Origin: Octopus bimaculoides
Taxonomy: Eukaryota
Reading direction: 5' to 3'
Assembly: GCF_001194135.2 (NCBI RefSeq)
Contig: NC_068998.1
Span: 17,113,919-17,177,918 of the forward strand
Length of the DNA: 64,000 nt
The translations under genes and the position numbers were made by a program. Below are positions 12,014 through 25,280 of the stretch, in pieces. Each line of letters begins with the position of its first letter. Position 1 is the stretch's first letter. The notes under the pieces are model-generated. The model made no database searches. It was given only the letters and a program-made list of their open reading frames with translations, and had not been told where the DNA came from.

Positions 12014-12419
12014 NNNNNNNNNNNNNNNNNNNNNNNNNNNNNNNNNNNNNNNNNNNNNNNNNNNNNNNNNNNNNNNNNNNNNNNNNNNNNNNNNNNNNNN
12101 NNNNNNNNNNNNNNNNNNNNNNNNNNNNNNNNNNNNNNNNNNNNNNNNNNNNNNNNNNNNNNNNNNNNNNNNNNNNNNNNNNNNNNNNNNNNNNNNNNNN
12201 NNNNNNNNNNNNNNNNNNNNNNNNNNNNNNNNNNNNNNNNNNNNNNNNNNNNNNNNNNNNNNNNNNNNNNNNNNNNNNNNNNNNNNNNNNNNNNNNNNNN
12301 NNNNNNNNNNNNNNNNNNNNNNNNNNNNNNNNNNNNNNNNNNNNNNNNNNNNNNNNNNNNNNNNNNNNNNNNNNNNNNNNNNNNNNNNNNNNNNNNNNNN
12401 NNNNNNNNNNNNNNNNNNN

Positions 12420-12496
<77 letters not shown>

Positions 12497-12497
12497 T

Positions 12498-12834
12498 TAA
12501 ACAAGCAAAACATGTGGCATCATTTTAGAGCATTAAATTTACAATTTAAACATAGCAGAGTATTTATAGTAAATACATAAAGTCTCTTACAGCTGTTTCT
12601 AGAACAGCTAAGCATGTGGAGCATATGTTATTGAGTTAAGATTTCCAATGAAAGCTAACTATTCCATCATTGGAGAGAGGAATAAATAAAGAATATTCTT
12701 AATCAACAATATTAGTAGTTACCAGTTCGTTGACAAACTAAGGAGTGTCCAAAGTATTTACTATAACTACTCCGCACTATGTTTAGATTATAAATTAAAT
12801 GCTCTAAAGTGATACCACATGTTTTGCTTGTTTA
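12498..12834. mobile_element. TA-flanked MITE with ~80-bp imperfect TIRs
   Basis: taaacaagcaaaacatgtggcatcattttagagcatt.. is the reverse complement of ..aatgctctaaagtgataccacatgttttgcttgttta. Confidence 0.8.
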
Positions 12835-13689
12835 TTCTCTATTATACTAAAGAACTGGTAATACATACATTACAAGATTGCTGCATAATTCAACATGAAT
12901 GTAAAACGACATTAAACATTGTATAAGGTAAATGTATGTTACTGTAGGAACACTAAGTCAGATTCACTTAGTGAGTTTACATGTGCAAGGATGAATTTTG
13001 ATGTTGTCATTGACATTAGATGCAGTAAGAGCTGGCTGCAGCAATGTCAGCAATGATGAATTTCATTGTCCTAAAACGGAGAAAGTGAGCAATAGCTCAA
13101 AGGTTCCAACAAGAATAGGCAGAAAATCAGAGCTTGAGACAAGAAGACACTTTTGACCAATCAGAATTCTGTTTACATAATCAGTTTGATTGGTCACCTT
13201 CTACTGTCAGTTGAGTAAAGTGTCATTCAAGCTGATGTTTATTGGTAATTGAACTTATTTTGCAAAACTTGTGCTTATTTATCAGCTTTGTTTTTGTTGA
13301 TAAGAATTATCAACAACTTTTCCTGTAATTATGATTTGAGAAGACATACAGAAGTATGCTAAAGATTGGACATAATCTCTTGTGGGCAAGAAATGTATAT
13401 TAAAGTTTATTATAAACAACATAAACACTTTGTAATTTAATAGATTTCAATGTGATACCTGTTAAACAGAAATCATTTTTATTTAATGAAAATTTAATAA
13501 AATCTAATCATAAGTAAGTGAAATTATGCTAAATACAACTAAATTGAAAACCTTTTCCTCCTGGATGTGTTGGAAATCCCGAAAATTTTTGGGTGTGAAT
13601 TTTACATGAGTAGAAGCATTTTTTTAACAATTTTTATCCTGAAAATCACCTGCGTAAATTACACAGGTGTGCAAATTACATGGGTTTTT

Positions 13690-15400
13690 ACAATATATTA
13701 TGCATTTGTAGAAGCAAATACATTCCGGCTGCATTTTTCAGCATCAATATGTTTTGAAGATTGGTGTTATATGCTTTGCTGTGTCTAGGATTGTGATTGG
13801 AGACATTGAATAACACATTCAATTCAATTACATTTTGTTTTACCTTCTTAGAATCTGAACATAATTGTCTTGACTCATATCCCATCTTTTATGAAGGACA
13901 TTGGATGATGTCTATTAATGTGTGTATTTTTAAGATGTTGAAGTTGTATATTCATGAATATTTAAATGGGATACAATTGTGCTTATCTTTTTAGCTAAAT
14001 TAAATAGAATATTTATCCAAGTGTGTTTCAGGTGACAATATAAGGAGTAAATATTGATTTGAATTTATAGGTTTGTAAAATGTGCCTTTCTCAGTTTCAT
14101 TGTTGACAGTCATTATTAAAATATCTAAAAATGTAGCTTCCTGTGACTGCATGTATTCCATTGTGAAATGAATATTATTATATATTCCATTAAGTAATAT
14201 TTTAAATTCATTTTATTTACTTATTCTTTCATTTCATAGACTAAACTGATCGTCTAAAAATATTTACCAGTTCTTATTCACATATTTTCAGAATTTCCTT
14301 TTTGTTGTAGCAATTCTAGATACATTGCAGCTTTCCAAGAATCCCATAACTAAATTTGGGTAGTTTGTGTCTACTCTGGTTCCATTATGGTTCCAGATCG
14401 TTTTGGTAATAGTTAACATCAAACATAAAAAGAGGTATCTTGGAGAATAAATTTTAATCATTCAATTATTAATTCTTTCTATATGTTCTGATAATTCATC
14501 TGTAAAATTTTCCAACCACAATTTTATTGCTTCTATTCTATAATCATGAGAATTGTTTGTATATAAATTCACCACATCAAAAGATACAATAAGTTTTTTC
14601 ATTGATCATTTCCGAAAAGAGATTTAACATATCTAGGTCATCTCTTATAAGATTTTTAATGTGTTAAAGAAATGTTTTCTGTAAGATGCCAGAGAATTAC
14701 TTAGACAATGAATTTCTCACGTTGTATCAGCTATTATTGGTCTTCATTTTAAATTATTTGGTGATAAAATGTTAATACAAATACTTGCAGATTCTTTACA
14801 TGCTTCTCTTGCTATCTTGCTTTTGTGAATTTTTGGTAAGCCACAAAAAAGACTAGATTTACAGTTAAAATTAGTTATATAATCAAATACTTTATCAGTT
14901 AATTCATTTTGATACAAGTGTGTTTTTATTACTTTCTATTAGTTGTAGTTGTAACCTTCTGATTTTTTCAGCATAACCAAAACAAAATTTTATACTACCT
15001 CCATCAATATAAATAGTATTTGTTTATCAGCTTATTTAATTGTTAATTTGTTTTTATTTAATTAATTCAATTGTGTTTTACTAATTCAGTAGCACTGAAG
15101 TTTGACTTAATTCTTTGTTAATGTGTGACATTATGTGGAACATTATATGTTTGGTCACAAAAATCATCATGTGTTTTATTCTTTCTTTCTGATGAAAAGT
15201 TGTTCTTGATGTTCTGATAAGAGACTCATCATTGTTATTCTTATCAAATAATTCTTCTTTAAACTATTATTTCAGCAAAATTCTGAAATGTCATCTTTAA
15301 TTCAATTATTAGTGGATTTCAGAGAATTTGGGGGCAAACCTCAGTTTGTTTGCTTGTATATTGATTTGATAAATTGTAAATGTTTTCCTTCATAAATTTA
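13690..15400 (-). pseudogene. Penelope-like element reverse transcriptase ORF remnant
   Basis: Minus-strand motifs in the expected order: LFCGLPKIHK, RPIIA, IVSFDVVNLYTN, GTIM.T..NYPNLVMGFLE, FLDD, FTME..FLDILI, FYKP; many stops and frameshifts. Confidence 0.8.
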
Positions 15401-15489
15401 TTACCTGCTTGTTTGGTTTCTACCAAAATATATCCATTTTGCTGGACATATTTGTTAATCAAAAAATAATTAACATACTTATATTAATT

Positions 15490-15715
15490 TAAAGGCAGTG
15501 AGCTGGCAGACTCATTAGCATGCTGGGCAAAATGTTTTGCTGTATTTTGTCTGTCACTATGTTCTGAGTTCAAATTCTGCTGAGCCCAACATTACCTTTC
15601 ATCTTTCAGGGTTGATAAAATAAGTACCAGATGAGCACTAGGGTCGATGCAATTAACTTAGTCCCCGCCTCAAAAGTTCTAGCCTTATGCCAGCATTCGA
15701 AGCCAATAATTACAT
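15490..15715 (+). mobile_element. Old SINE B copy
   Basis: ggcagtgagctggcagactc..ttctgagttcaaattc..aataagtaccag. Confidence 0.8.
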
Positions 15716-15909
15716 TACTTTGAGTTGTTAATATATCTAACTTCGTTAGAGTAGTTTGCAGTGTGATTTTGCTGTTCGAAATTATTAGATGTACCTTCAG
15801 ATTCCACGTTCCATAGATGAATTTCAAAATAATTTCTTTGATTATTTCTCATAGTTAAGAATAGATTGATATTTTTATTTTGAAGCGCTGTCTTCCAGAC
15901 ATAGAGACT

Positions 15910-16195
15910 TGTCCTTTCAGATGCTGGCACTACCTAAAAAGCACCCATGCTGGTGCTGCGTTAATGCACCTGTGCCGATGCTGTGTAGAAGCACTTGTCC
16001 CATTGGCATATAAAAAGCACCCAGCACACTCTATTAAGTGGTTGGTGCTAGGAAGGGCATCCAGCTGTTGAAACCATGACACAACAGATAGTTGAAGTCT
16101 GAACGGCTCCTTGCTAACCAGCTCCATGTCAAACCATCTAACCCATGCCAGCATGGAAAGCAGGCGTTAAATGATCATGATAATGATGATGATTT
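15910..16195 (+). mobile_element. Family A (RTE 3'UTR-like) copy, diverged
   Basis: aaaagcaccc modules, aggaagggcatccagc core, ccatgccagcatggaaagcaggcgttaaatgat tail. Confidence 0.75.
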
Positions 16196-16399
16196 CTTTT
16201 TGTTACTCTAGAGATCTTTTGGCGGGCCCCCACTTTGGCCACTTGTATTTGCAAGTGTACTCTTTTGCTCATTACCCAACCTTCATTACCAAAGGGGAGA
16301 TTAATTATACAAACCAAATTGAAGATAGTGAGTTTGGCTTTTTTTTTTTATGAACCTCAGAAATCAGAGAGTCCCTCCAGGTTGAGCCACTACTTCTCC

Positions 16400-16680
16400 A
16401 CATTGTGACACTACAGATCTGGTACTACAGACGTGTGAGTAGAATATTGCAGGAAAGAATCACAAGACAGATTCTTCAAGCAAATCCAGTTGGCAGGAGA
16501 CCTGGGGATAGACAAAGAATAAGATGGCTGGATAATATCCATAATCTCAGCTGGTCATGCTTGGGAATCCAGCAGGAAGGTGTAATGACAGTTGTTTCTC
16601 ATTGGACCCTATAGAGGAGATGCCTCAGGACTCTAACTCTACAACACTCCCAGAAATAGTGGGCAGAGAAAATAGATAGA
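16400..16680 (+). pseudogene. RTE LINE C-terminal fragment
   Basis: QIWYYRRVSRI..RQILQANPVGRRP..RWLDNIHNLSWSCLGI resembles the RTE ORF end; paralog at 19900-20120. Confidence 0.65.
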
Positions 16681-17129
16681 TTGATGGATTCATTTTTATT
16701 GATCTATTTCTAATTTGTGAGTTGTTCCCGATCCTTGTTTGGAAACAATTTTGCTTTAAAATTTAAAGTTGGTTTTCTGTTGCTGGGCTATTTCAAACAG
16801 TTATAATTTGATTGAAAAGTTGTTTGTTGTTGGGCCATTTCGCCATAAGATTTTACTTTAATTTTCTTCATATCTGGGTTAACAGGATTTTGTTCTTTTC
16901 TGTATTTGGTATCACAGCTGTGTTAATCAAGTTGGCTCATTTCACAATCAGTCATCCTGGCCAATAGGTCTATTTTTGTTGTATAGCGAGGTCTCCAGAC
17001 AACTGACAAATCTTGGTAGACCTGCTCTGTTAACAAGAAACCAGGGTATCTAAATAAAATTCTGGCTGTAACTTAAAGAATAATTCATATTCTAATCCTG
17101 TATTGAGTTCTTCCATTTGTCACTGCTGA

Positions 17130-17131
17130 TA

Positions 17132-17183
<52 letters not shown>

Positions 17184-17654
17184 CATACACATATACATAC
17201 ATATACACATACATATATGCATAACTACATATATATTTGTACACACACACACACACATATTATTACATTACAAATTTAACTAAATGGAAGCATAACTCTA
17301 CTAGTCAAAATGGCTGCAGATTTATCAGAATATGTTCTCTCTCCACTTCAGCTCCTCTCATTGTCTTTCCTTCTCCCCCTCTCTCTCACACACTCTCACT
17401 CTGTCTCTCTCTCTGTCTCTCTCTCTGGCTTTCATATCTTCAATTTCTCTCCCTTCTTGTCTATTTAGTTATCTTTCACCCTCTCTTTCTGTCCAAATGC
17501 CTTCCTCTTCTATCTTGCCCTCTCACAATTTCTCTACCAATTTCTCATTTCTGTTCTTCATATTTGTTTTATTTGTCATCAATTACATAAATGACACAGG
17601 ACTTGATTATCAACTTACAACCAACAGGCACGTGCGCAAGCACACACACAAACA

Positions 17655-17700
<46 letters not shown>

Positions 17701-17838
17701 AACACACACACATACACACACTCCAGCACACACACACACAGCATCTCACACAATACACACAAGTACACACACATGCATATACACAAACACACATACAACT
17801 GCGTGTGTACACACACACATATAAATATACATATACAT

Positions 17839-17883
<45 letters not shown>

Positions 17884-17990
17884 GGTGAAAGTAAAGAATT
17901 CATATACCTGGTGTTTAGGACTAGGGTTAGGGTTAGGATTAGGGTTTTTGTTACACCAAAAATGGGTGGCGTACGTACTCTTTAACTCTG

Positions 17991-18050
<60 letters not shown>

Positions 18051-18349
18051 TACATATATTTATATATATATATATATATAGATAGATATATATACATACA
18101 CATACGTAAGTATTAATATGTATGTACATGTTTGTGTGTAGCTAGTATATAATGAAATATATACACATGCATAGATATATGCATATGTTTGATTGGGTAT
18201 ATGTAAGTGTATGTAATTCTTGTACATTAATGAATATTTCCACAAATTTATAAGCTATGCACCATATCTGATCAAAAGCTTGATGCGTGTTTTTAATGTC
18301 TGTGTGTATGTTTGTTTCATTGTGTGTGTGTATGCACACACACACACAT

Positions 18350-18423
<74 letters not shown>

Positions 18424-18430
18424 TCACATT
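17130..18430. repeat. (TA)/(CA)/(CT) microsatellite-rich tract
   Basis: Direct inspection. Confidence 0.9.
17882..17994. mobile_element. Small TA-flanked MITE-like element carrying TTAGGG repeats
   Basis: Imperfect TIRs taggtgaaagtaaagaattcatatacc / ggcgtacgtactctttaactctgccta around ctagggttagggttaggattaggg. Confidence 0.6.
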
Positions 18431-19019
18431 TATAGATTAAAACTTTGGATTATACTGAAATATACATAAATGCCCAATCTCATCAATATACAGCAAGATT
18501 ACAAATGTATATGAGCTTAATGTGACAGTACAGTAGATTGGAGGTAAAAGTTCCTAGTGAACTTGTCTGCAGCAGAAGTTCAATTCCCAGTTGTGCCATT
18601 TCATATCACTTATGCTCCATGCCTATAATTTTCAGACATAGGTCAATAACCTGGAAATAAATGGACATGAGTGAAATAAATTGTTCACAACATAAAATAT
18701 GTTGTTGTTGTTGTGGTGGTGGTGGTGGTGGTGGTCGTGTAGTTGTAGCCTTAGCATAGATCAAGTAAGTTTCTGACCCATAGGTATTCAGTTAAATTGG
18801 ACAAGTTTGAGCCACTAGTATACTAGCTTAGATATATCATGCCTCCTGATAGTTGAGGACATTATAGGTAGAACGAGACAATTGGGCGTGGCAGTCTGGG
18901 TGCTGGCAATTTGGCAGAGCTGAATGGATGCATGGACCTGCTTTGGTGACAGTACCTTTAGCATTGGAGGCAAATGCACACATATGCATGAACATGAAGA
19001 AATGCACACATACAGAAAG

Positions 19020-19027
19020 AAAGAAAA

Positions 19028-19074
<47 letters not shown>

Positions 19075-19308
19075 GATAAGTAGGTAGGTAGATAGATAGA
19101 TAGATAGATAGATAGACAGGGTGATGGACAGATGGACAGATGAATGAACAAACAGAAGGACAAAAGGATGGATGGACATACAGTTGGATGGATGGATGAA
19201 CAGATGGACAGATGGATGAACGGATGGACGGTCAGACAAACGAATGGTCAGACAGATTAATGGACAGACAAATGAACGGACAGACAGATGAATGGATGGA
19301 TGGACAAA
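19020..19308. repeat. (GATA)n grading into (GATG/GACA)n degenerate array
   Basis: Direct inspection. Confidence 0.9.
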
Positions 19309-19899
19309 NNNNNNNNNNNNNNNNNNNNNNNNNNNNNNNNNNNNNNNNNNNNNNNNNNNNNNNNNNNNNNNNNNNNNNNNNNNNNNNNNNNNNNNNNNNN
19401 NNNNNNNNNNNNNNNNNNNNNNNNNNNNNNNNNNNNNNNNNNNNNNNNNNNNNNNNNNNNNNNNNNNNNNNNNNNNNNNNNNNNNNNNNNNNNNNNNNNN
19501 NNNNNNNNNNNNNNNNNNNNNNNNNNNNNNNNNNNNNNNNNNNNNNNNNNNNNNNNNNNNNNNNNNNNNNNNNNTAATAGTCAAATAGTTTAATAGTTGT
19601 GATTACAAGTTAGTAGTCAACTAGAATAAGAACAAAATGTTCACATTGCCAAAAGATCCCAGGGTTAAAATGTATCATGTCAAATAAGTCAGTGTTGAAC
19701 CAGCAATGCAAAGTAGGCAGGGCTAAATAGGCAGGGCCAAATAAGTAGGGCCAAAATGGCAGTGTCAAAACATGTCACACCCCTTTATAGTATATGCAGA
19801 CATATGATTTTTTTTGTTATGAAAGACATATGAAAGTGAAGATAGGTATGTTTTATTTGCTGTCAATTACATAACAGACACAGGACTTGATTATCTGGT

Positions 19900-20120
19900 A
19901 CTATGGACATGTGCTCAGAATGTTGCAGGAAAGAATTGTGAGATGGATTCTTCAAGCTGAACCAACTAGTAGAAGACCTAGGAGCCGACCAGGAATAAAA
20001 TGGTTGGATAGTATCCATAATCTCAGTTCATCATGCTGGGTCAGCAGGAAAGTGCAATGACAGTTGGATCCTATGGAGGAGGTGCCTGAGGACTCTAACC
20101 CAGGAATAGTGAGTGAAGAA
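19900..20120 (+). pseudogene. Second RTE LINE C-terminal fragment
   Basis: Clear similarity to 16400-16680 (gattcttcaagc..ccataatctcag..ggatc..aggactctaac). Confidence 0.65.
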
Positions 20121-20460
20121 AATGGATGAACAGGACAGATAGACTTGATCATCAACTCGTAACACCCCACCCCACACACATTCACTCCATCTGCACTCTG
20201 TTCCTGTAGGCTTGTAGTTTCTGTTGGTGAACCTGAGACCTTTATATGTATATTCTCAGGTTGGCCTATAACTTGTGAGGGAAACTAAATTGACAGAAAC
20301 TATATAGAAAGCTGTCAGATTGATTCAAAGGTATTTGTAATTCCAAAGCTATAGCCTTGTCACATATTGGGTTGTATGAATTCTACTTGGGATCAATATA
20401 ATCAACTAGACCATCCCCTAAAATTTCAGGCCTTGTGCCTATAGTAGAAAAAATTATTAT

Positions 20461-20516
<56 letters not shown>

Positions 20517-20529
20517 CATTATTATTATT

Positions 20530-20745
20530 AAGGCAATGACCTGAAAGATTCATTAGCATACTGGACAAAGTGCTTAGTGGTATTTTGTTTGCTTTTATGT
20601 TCTGAGTTCAAATTCTACTGAGGTTGACTTTGCTCTTTATCTTTTCAGGGTTCATGAGATAAATACCATTTGAGCCCTGGGGTCGGTATAGTTGACAAGC
20701 CCTTTCTCCAAAGTTTCGGGCTTCATGCCTATAGTTGAAAGGATT
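20530..20745 (+). mobile_element. Old SINE B copy
   Basis: ttctgagttcaaattc..ggggtcgg; follows an (ATT)n tract. Confidence 0.7.
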
Positions 20746-21174
20746 ATTATTGTAATTATTGATGTTTTTTAACCCCAGTTCAATTATGATCAAGCACAAC
20801 TATGATGAAAAAACTTTCCATCCACGATCATATAAACCAGTTATTCATGTTTCATAGTTGGGCTGTTGGCAACTAAACTGGTAACACCACCCACATGTCT
20901 CGCATTGGTGTGTGGAGGCCGGATAGATGCACTGACAAGATGAAAAAACAATATCTTCATCTACAAGGATGGATGAACTCAGCAAGGAGTCACTGGCCAT
21001 TGATCAACCCCAAAAATGGAGTGGGACCCTCATTGAGATTTTTAAGTGCAGTGTTGATGACCCCTGCTTATAGTTGCCTCTCTCACTCTCAAATGTATTA
21101 GCCTTACTTTTCCTCTGACCCTGAGAGACATAGAGACATGGATGAGAGAAGCCCTTTAATGAGAACAAAAGCTT

Positions 21175-21610
21175 TTTACACATTATTTGCATGGACTGTG
21201 GCCATGCAAGGGCATCATTTTGAAGGGTTTTAGTTGAACAAATTAACCCCAGTACTTGTATTTTGAGTCTGGCACTTATTCTGTTGGTCTTTATAACTAA
21301 GATAGAGGAATGCAAACAAACCAACACTGGTTTGTGAAGTGAAGCGGTGGGGCTGGGATTGATTGGAGACAAACACAGATACAAAGACACACACTCGCGC
21401 ACATAAATACACAGACCCACATATGCACAAGTGAACACACACACAAACACACACACACATGAAGGAAGGACTTCCACATGGCTTCTGCCTATCAAGGCAT
21501 TGGTCAGCCAGAGGCTAAAGCAGAAAAACTTTCCCAAGGTGCCATGCAGTGGGATTGAACCTGAAACCACATGGTTGCAAAGTGAGCTTCTTAACTACAC
21601 ATCCATGCTT
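21175..21610 (-). mobile_element. SINE family C, diverged full-length copy
   Basis: Both halves present, with a central (CA)n. Confidence 0.75.
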
Positions 21611-21829
21611 AAATTTTCTTTCTCTTTTCATTGCATTGTTGGAAATGGCTGACATGTGCTATTCATATCAAGGACTACAACGCCCAGTGTGTGTATCCTA
21701 GATTTAGAATAGTTACGCCACACCATTGTATGCTGTAAGAACAAGTAAAAGGGTTGGTGACAATCCCTCAAGAAAATCGTCGGACAATGATGGAGTGTTA
21801 AATAGAAAGGTGAAAGCAGATGTAAAATA

Positions 21830-22220
21830 CTGTTGCTGTTGAAGATGATGATGATGATGATGACAATGATGACGACAATGGTGTTGCTAGTGCTGCTGAT
21901 GGAGATGGTGACAATGGTGGTGGTGATGGTGATGATGATGACAATGATGATGACAACGATATGATGATGATAATGGTGGTAGTGATGGCAGTGGTGGTAA
22001 TGGTGGCAGTGGTGGTGATTGTGGTGATGGTGATGGTGGTGGTGGNNNNNNNNNNNNNNNNNNNNNNNNNNNNNNNNNNNNNNNNNNNNNNNNNNNNNNN
22101 NNNNNNNNNNNNNNNNNNNNNNNNNNNNNNNNNNNNNNNNNNNNNNNNNNGGTGGTAATGGTGGCAGTGGTGGTGATTGTGGTGATGGTGATGGTGGTGG
22201 TGGTGGTGGTGGTGACATAG
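21830..22220. repeat. (GAT)/(GGT)n trinucleotide tract spanning a gap
   Basis: Direct inspection; source of the poly-H/T/V ORFs. Confidence 0.9.
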
Positions 22221-22716
22221 ATTCTGTTGGTTTACCACAACAGTGAGAGACACACACACACAAACACAATATAGACCATGTAACAAATTCAGCATTTTGT
22301 CCTTTTGCAAATATCATTGATAATGTACATCTTTATGTAGTATTTAAAAATTCATTTTTTTTTTTTGGTCATTTCGTATTTGGTTGAGGGCATAATGAGA
22401 TTTTTGTTGCTGTATCTATTTATCTTTTTACTTTTTGAGCCTGTATGCATTATGTGTGTTTCTGTACTTAACAGATTTGTTACCAGCCAACATATTCTTA
22501 TGCAGCATAATTGCAGTACAGGCTACAGACTAAAAAACTATGCGCTATAGATAGAAATACGGTTATGTTTCTAATATGAAGCAGAGTTAGGAATTGAAAA
22601 TCCCTATGGACTCTGCACACTTCACTATTAATGTGGAACAAGCACTTAAGTGTTTATGCATATAAACTTCAACACACACACACACACACACATACACATG
22701 CATACACACACATACA

Positions 22717-23060
22717 TATATATATACATAAGCATACATGCATGCATGCATACCTACATGCATACACACACATCCGCCTACACACACATTTGTGTATCGC
22801 CATAAATATATGTGTGTGTGCATGTGTATGTGTGTGTTTGTGTGTGTGTTTGTGTGTGTGTGTGCATATTCCCTGTGGATGTGTAACACACACATACATA
22901 TATGTATACATAAGCATACATGCATGCATGCATGCATACCTACATGCATACACACACATTTGTGTATCGCCCTAAATATATGTGTGTGCTTGTGTGTGTG
23001 TTTGTGTGTGAGTATGCGTGTGTGTTTGTGTGTGTGCATATTCCCTGTGGATGTGTAACA
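22717..23060 (+). repeat. Tandem duplication of a ~175-bp low-complexity unit
   Basis: aagcatacatgcatgc..tttgtgtatcgcc.taaatatatg..gcatattccctgtggatgtgtaaca occurs twice. Confidence 0.85.
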
Positions 23061-23098
23061 TTAGTGTGCATGAACCCTAAAGAACAAATGAACTGCGA

Positions 23099-23149
23099 GA
23101 ACAATACACCTCATTCTTCTCATACACAGAAGAATGAGGTGTATTGTTC
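23099..23149. repeat. Perfect 22-bp inverted repeat with a 7-nt loop
   Basis: gaacaatacacctcattcttct-catacac-agaagaatgaggtgtattgttc. Confidence 0.95.
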
Positions 23150-23159
23150 ACAAGAGAAG

Positions 23160-23370
23160 GCTGTGCTGGTATGTGATGCATATGAAGGATAACTGATGCA
23201 TAAAGAAGTGCTGAGAACTGCATGTTATAGGAACATGTAGCAGAGGGAGACCAAAAATGGCTTAGGATGAAGTGGTGAAGGCTGATCTGATGATGTGGCA
23301 TCTCTTGGAAGAGATATGAAATAACTATACTGATTGATGATATGCTGTGCAGCAAAGGACCTGACTGTTT
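23160..23370 (+). pseudogene. RTE LINE 3' ORF fragment
   Basis: GTCSRGRPKMA*DEVVKADL resembles the RTE motif G...RGRPRKTWDEVV..DL. Confidence 0.55.
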
Positions 23371-24109
23371 GTGCCAAAATGCCCCTTGACACAAGAGTAG
23401 TGTTTCGGGGTTGATATCCTTTGTACACAGCTAAGCAATCAGTGTACATTTTGCAACCCCACTTACTTTACACCTTTTCAATTTTTTGACTCCCCTGCCT
23501 CACCAAGTTGCTTGGTCTCCCATCAGCTCACTTTATTCTTCCACTAGCTCCATGTGTAAGAGACTGCATTGATCCCATACCTTCTCTGACTCCCTTACTC
23601 TTCACTTGGCCTATGTATCAGAGACTGCATTGGTCCACCCTCATCCTTTCACCAGACCAATGTATAACAGATTGCATTGGGCCATCATCATGCCTTTATA
23701 ATTCCTTCTTACTAGTGCTTCCCTCTTACCCTTTTTGTCCCCTCTGCTACCAGCCATTGCTCTCTACTCTTTTCTCTATGGCCACTTCTGTTACCACCCA
23801 TCATTTAATTTTTATCTTAACACATTACTTCACTCTTGCTTTTGTTCACCTCTACTGTTGCTAATCCCTTTCTAATCTTTATCTCATCCTATCACCCACC
23901 CTCAACCTTGTCTACCTCTGCTTTTCTCAATAATCTTGCCACTTACATCATGGTTTTGTTTTATTCCCTCTTCCATCCAGCAGTCCAGTCCCTTTTGACA
24001 TAATCAATCTCACTCTCTCCTTCTAACTCCCTCCTTAGCCAACTGAGGAAGTGTCCACATCCTAGGTTGCACTCACTTGCTCTCCTCACTTATTTTGGTT
24101 TCACTGCTG

Positions 24110-25280
24110 GCACCACAAGCAATGCAAGTATCTTCATTGCAAGCAGTACACTTGCATCATCATTCAACCCAATTCTTGAATCCTCTTTGAAAAAAATTCA
24201 GGTGTGCATATTTGTACCCTCTTCTCCACAGCCATATGTTTGCATCTTGTTTCATCTTATTTGCATCATCAAATCATTATCTGTCCTTCATTGAACCAAA
24301 CAGGTGGAAGTTGGAAAGATGCCAGATCCAGGCTGCACAAAGGATGAGGAATAACTGATCAGCTCAATTTGCTGATTATCTGATTTGTTGCCAGAGAAGT
24401 TTGTGATTGCACATTGTCATGGTGAATGAGGATTGTTTTCAGCTCCTTGTTCAGTCTTTTCCTCCTAATGGCTCAATGTAGTACTTGCTATCTACTGTAC
24501 AACCATATTTTAGAAAATCAAGGAGAATGATGCCCTTGTCCTCTCCAAAACAGTCACTATAAATTTCTGTGTTGATTGCTGACTTCTGAAATTCTTAGGC
24601 CTTGGAGAAGAGATGTGATATCGTTTCATAGACAGACTGAGCCTTCCTCTTTGAATCATAAAGATATATAAATATCCATGCTTCATCCCCTGTCATCAGA
24701 ACAGTTAAAACATATCTTCAAATACCAGATCAGAAAAACAATGGAACTTCCAACATTTCTAACAGATCAGAGTAGACTTCCACCTTTCTCTACTTCAAAT
24801 CAAGTGTCCACTGTCAAACTATACACTTTGCATACACTTTACGATATCCAAATTCATTCTCCATCTACTGTAATGCATTATAACCACAGTCCAGTTGTGA
24901 ACGAGATCATGGATGACAACTCATCTGTTTACATGATTCAATTCATCCATTTGCTGGTGATTCATGTCAGTGGTTGCAGTTGATGGTCTCCTAAGGCATA
25001 GTTTGAATTCAATGCTTGTTTCCTCTTCCTTAAACTTGTGCTATTATCTGTGCACATTCCTCTTGTCAATGGTATCATCTTTGTAAAAAAAGCTGTAGCC
25101 TTCCATTGCTGATGGACAGTAAGTCAGTACCCTTCTATCATCAAGAAAATGTTACTTCTGCCTGGAACCTATTATTTGCCTTGGGTTATTATAGAATAAG
25201 AGTTACTCTATCAACATATGCAATTTGAATGAACTATGTCAGTTAATAAAAGGATAAGCTAACTTTTGTATGAGTTTCGG
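24110..25280 (-). pseudogene. Decayed near-full-length mariner element
   Basis: Minus strand: HTH region (DTIDKRNVHR..GRPSTATT), LMTGDEAWI, KGIILLDFL, PHPLCSLDLA..FHLFGSMK; frameshifted. Confidence 0.75.
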
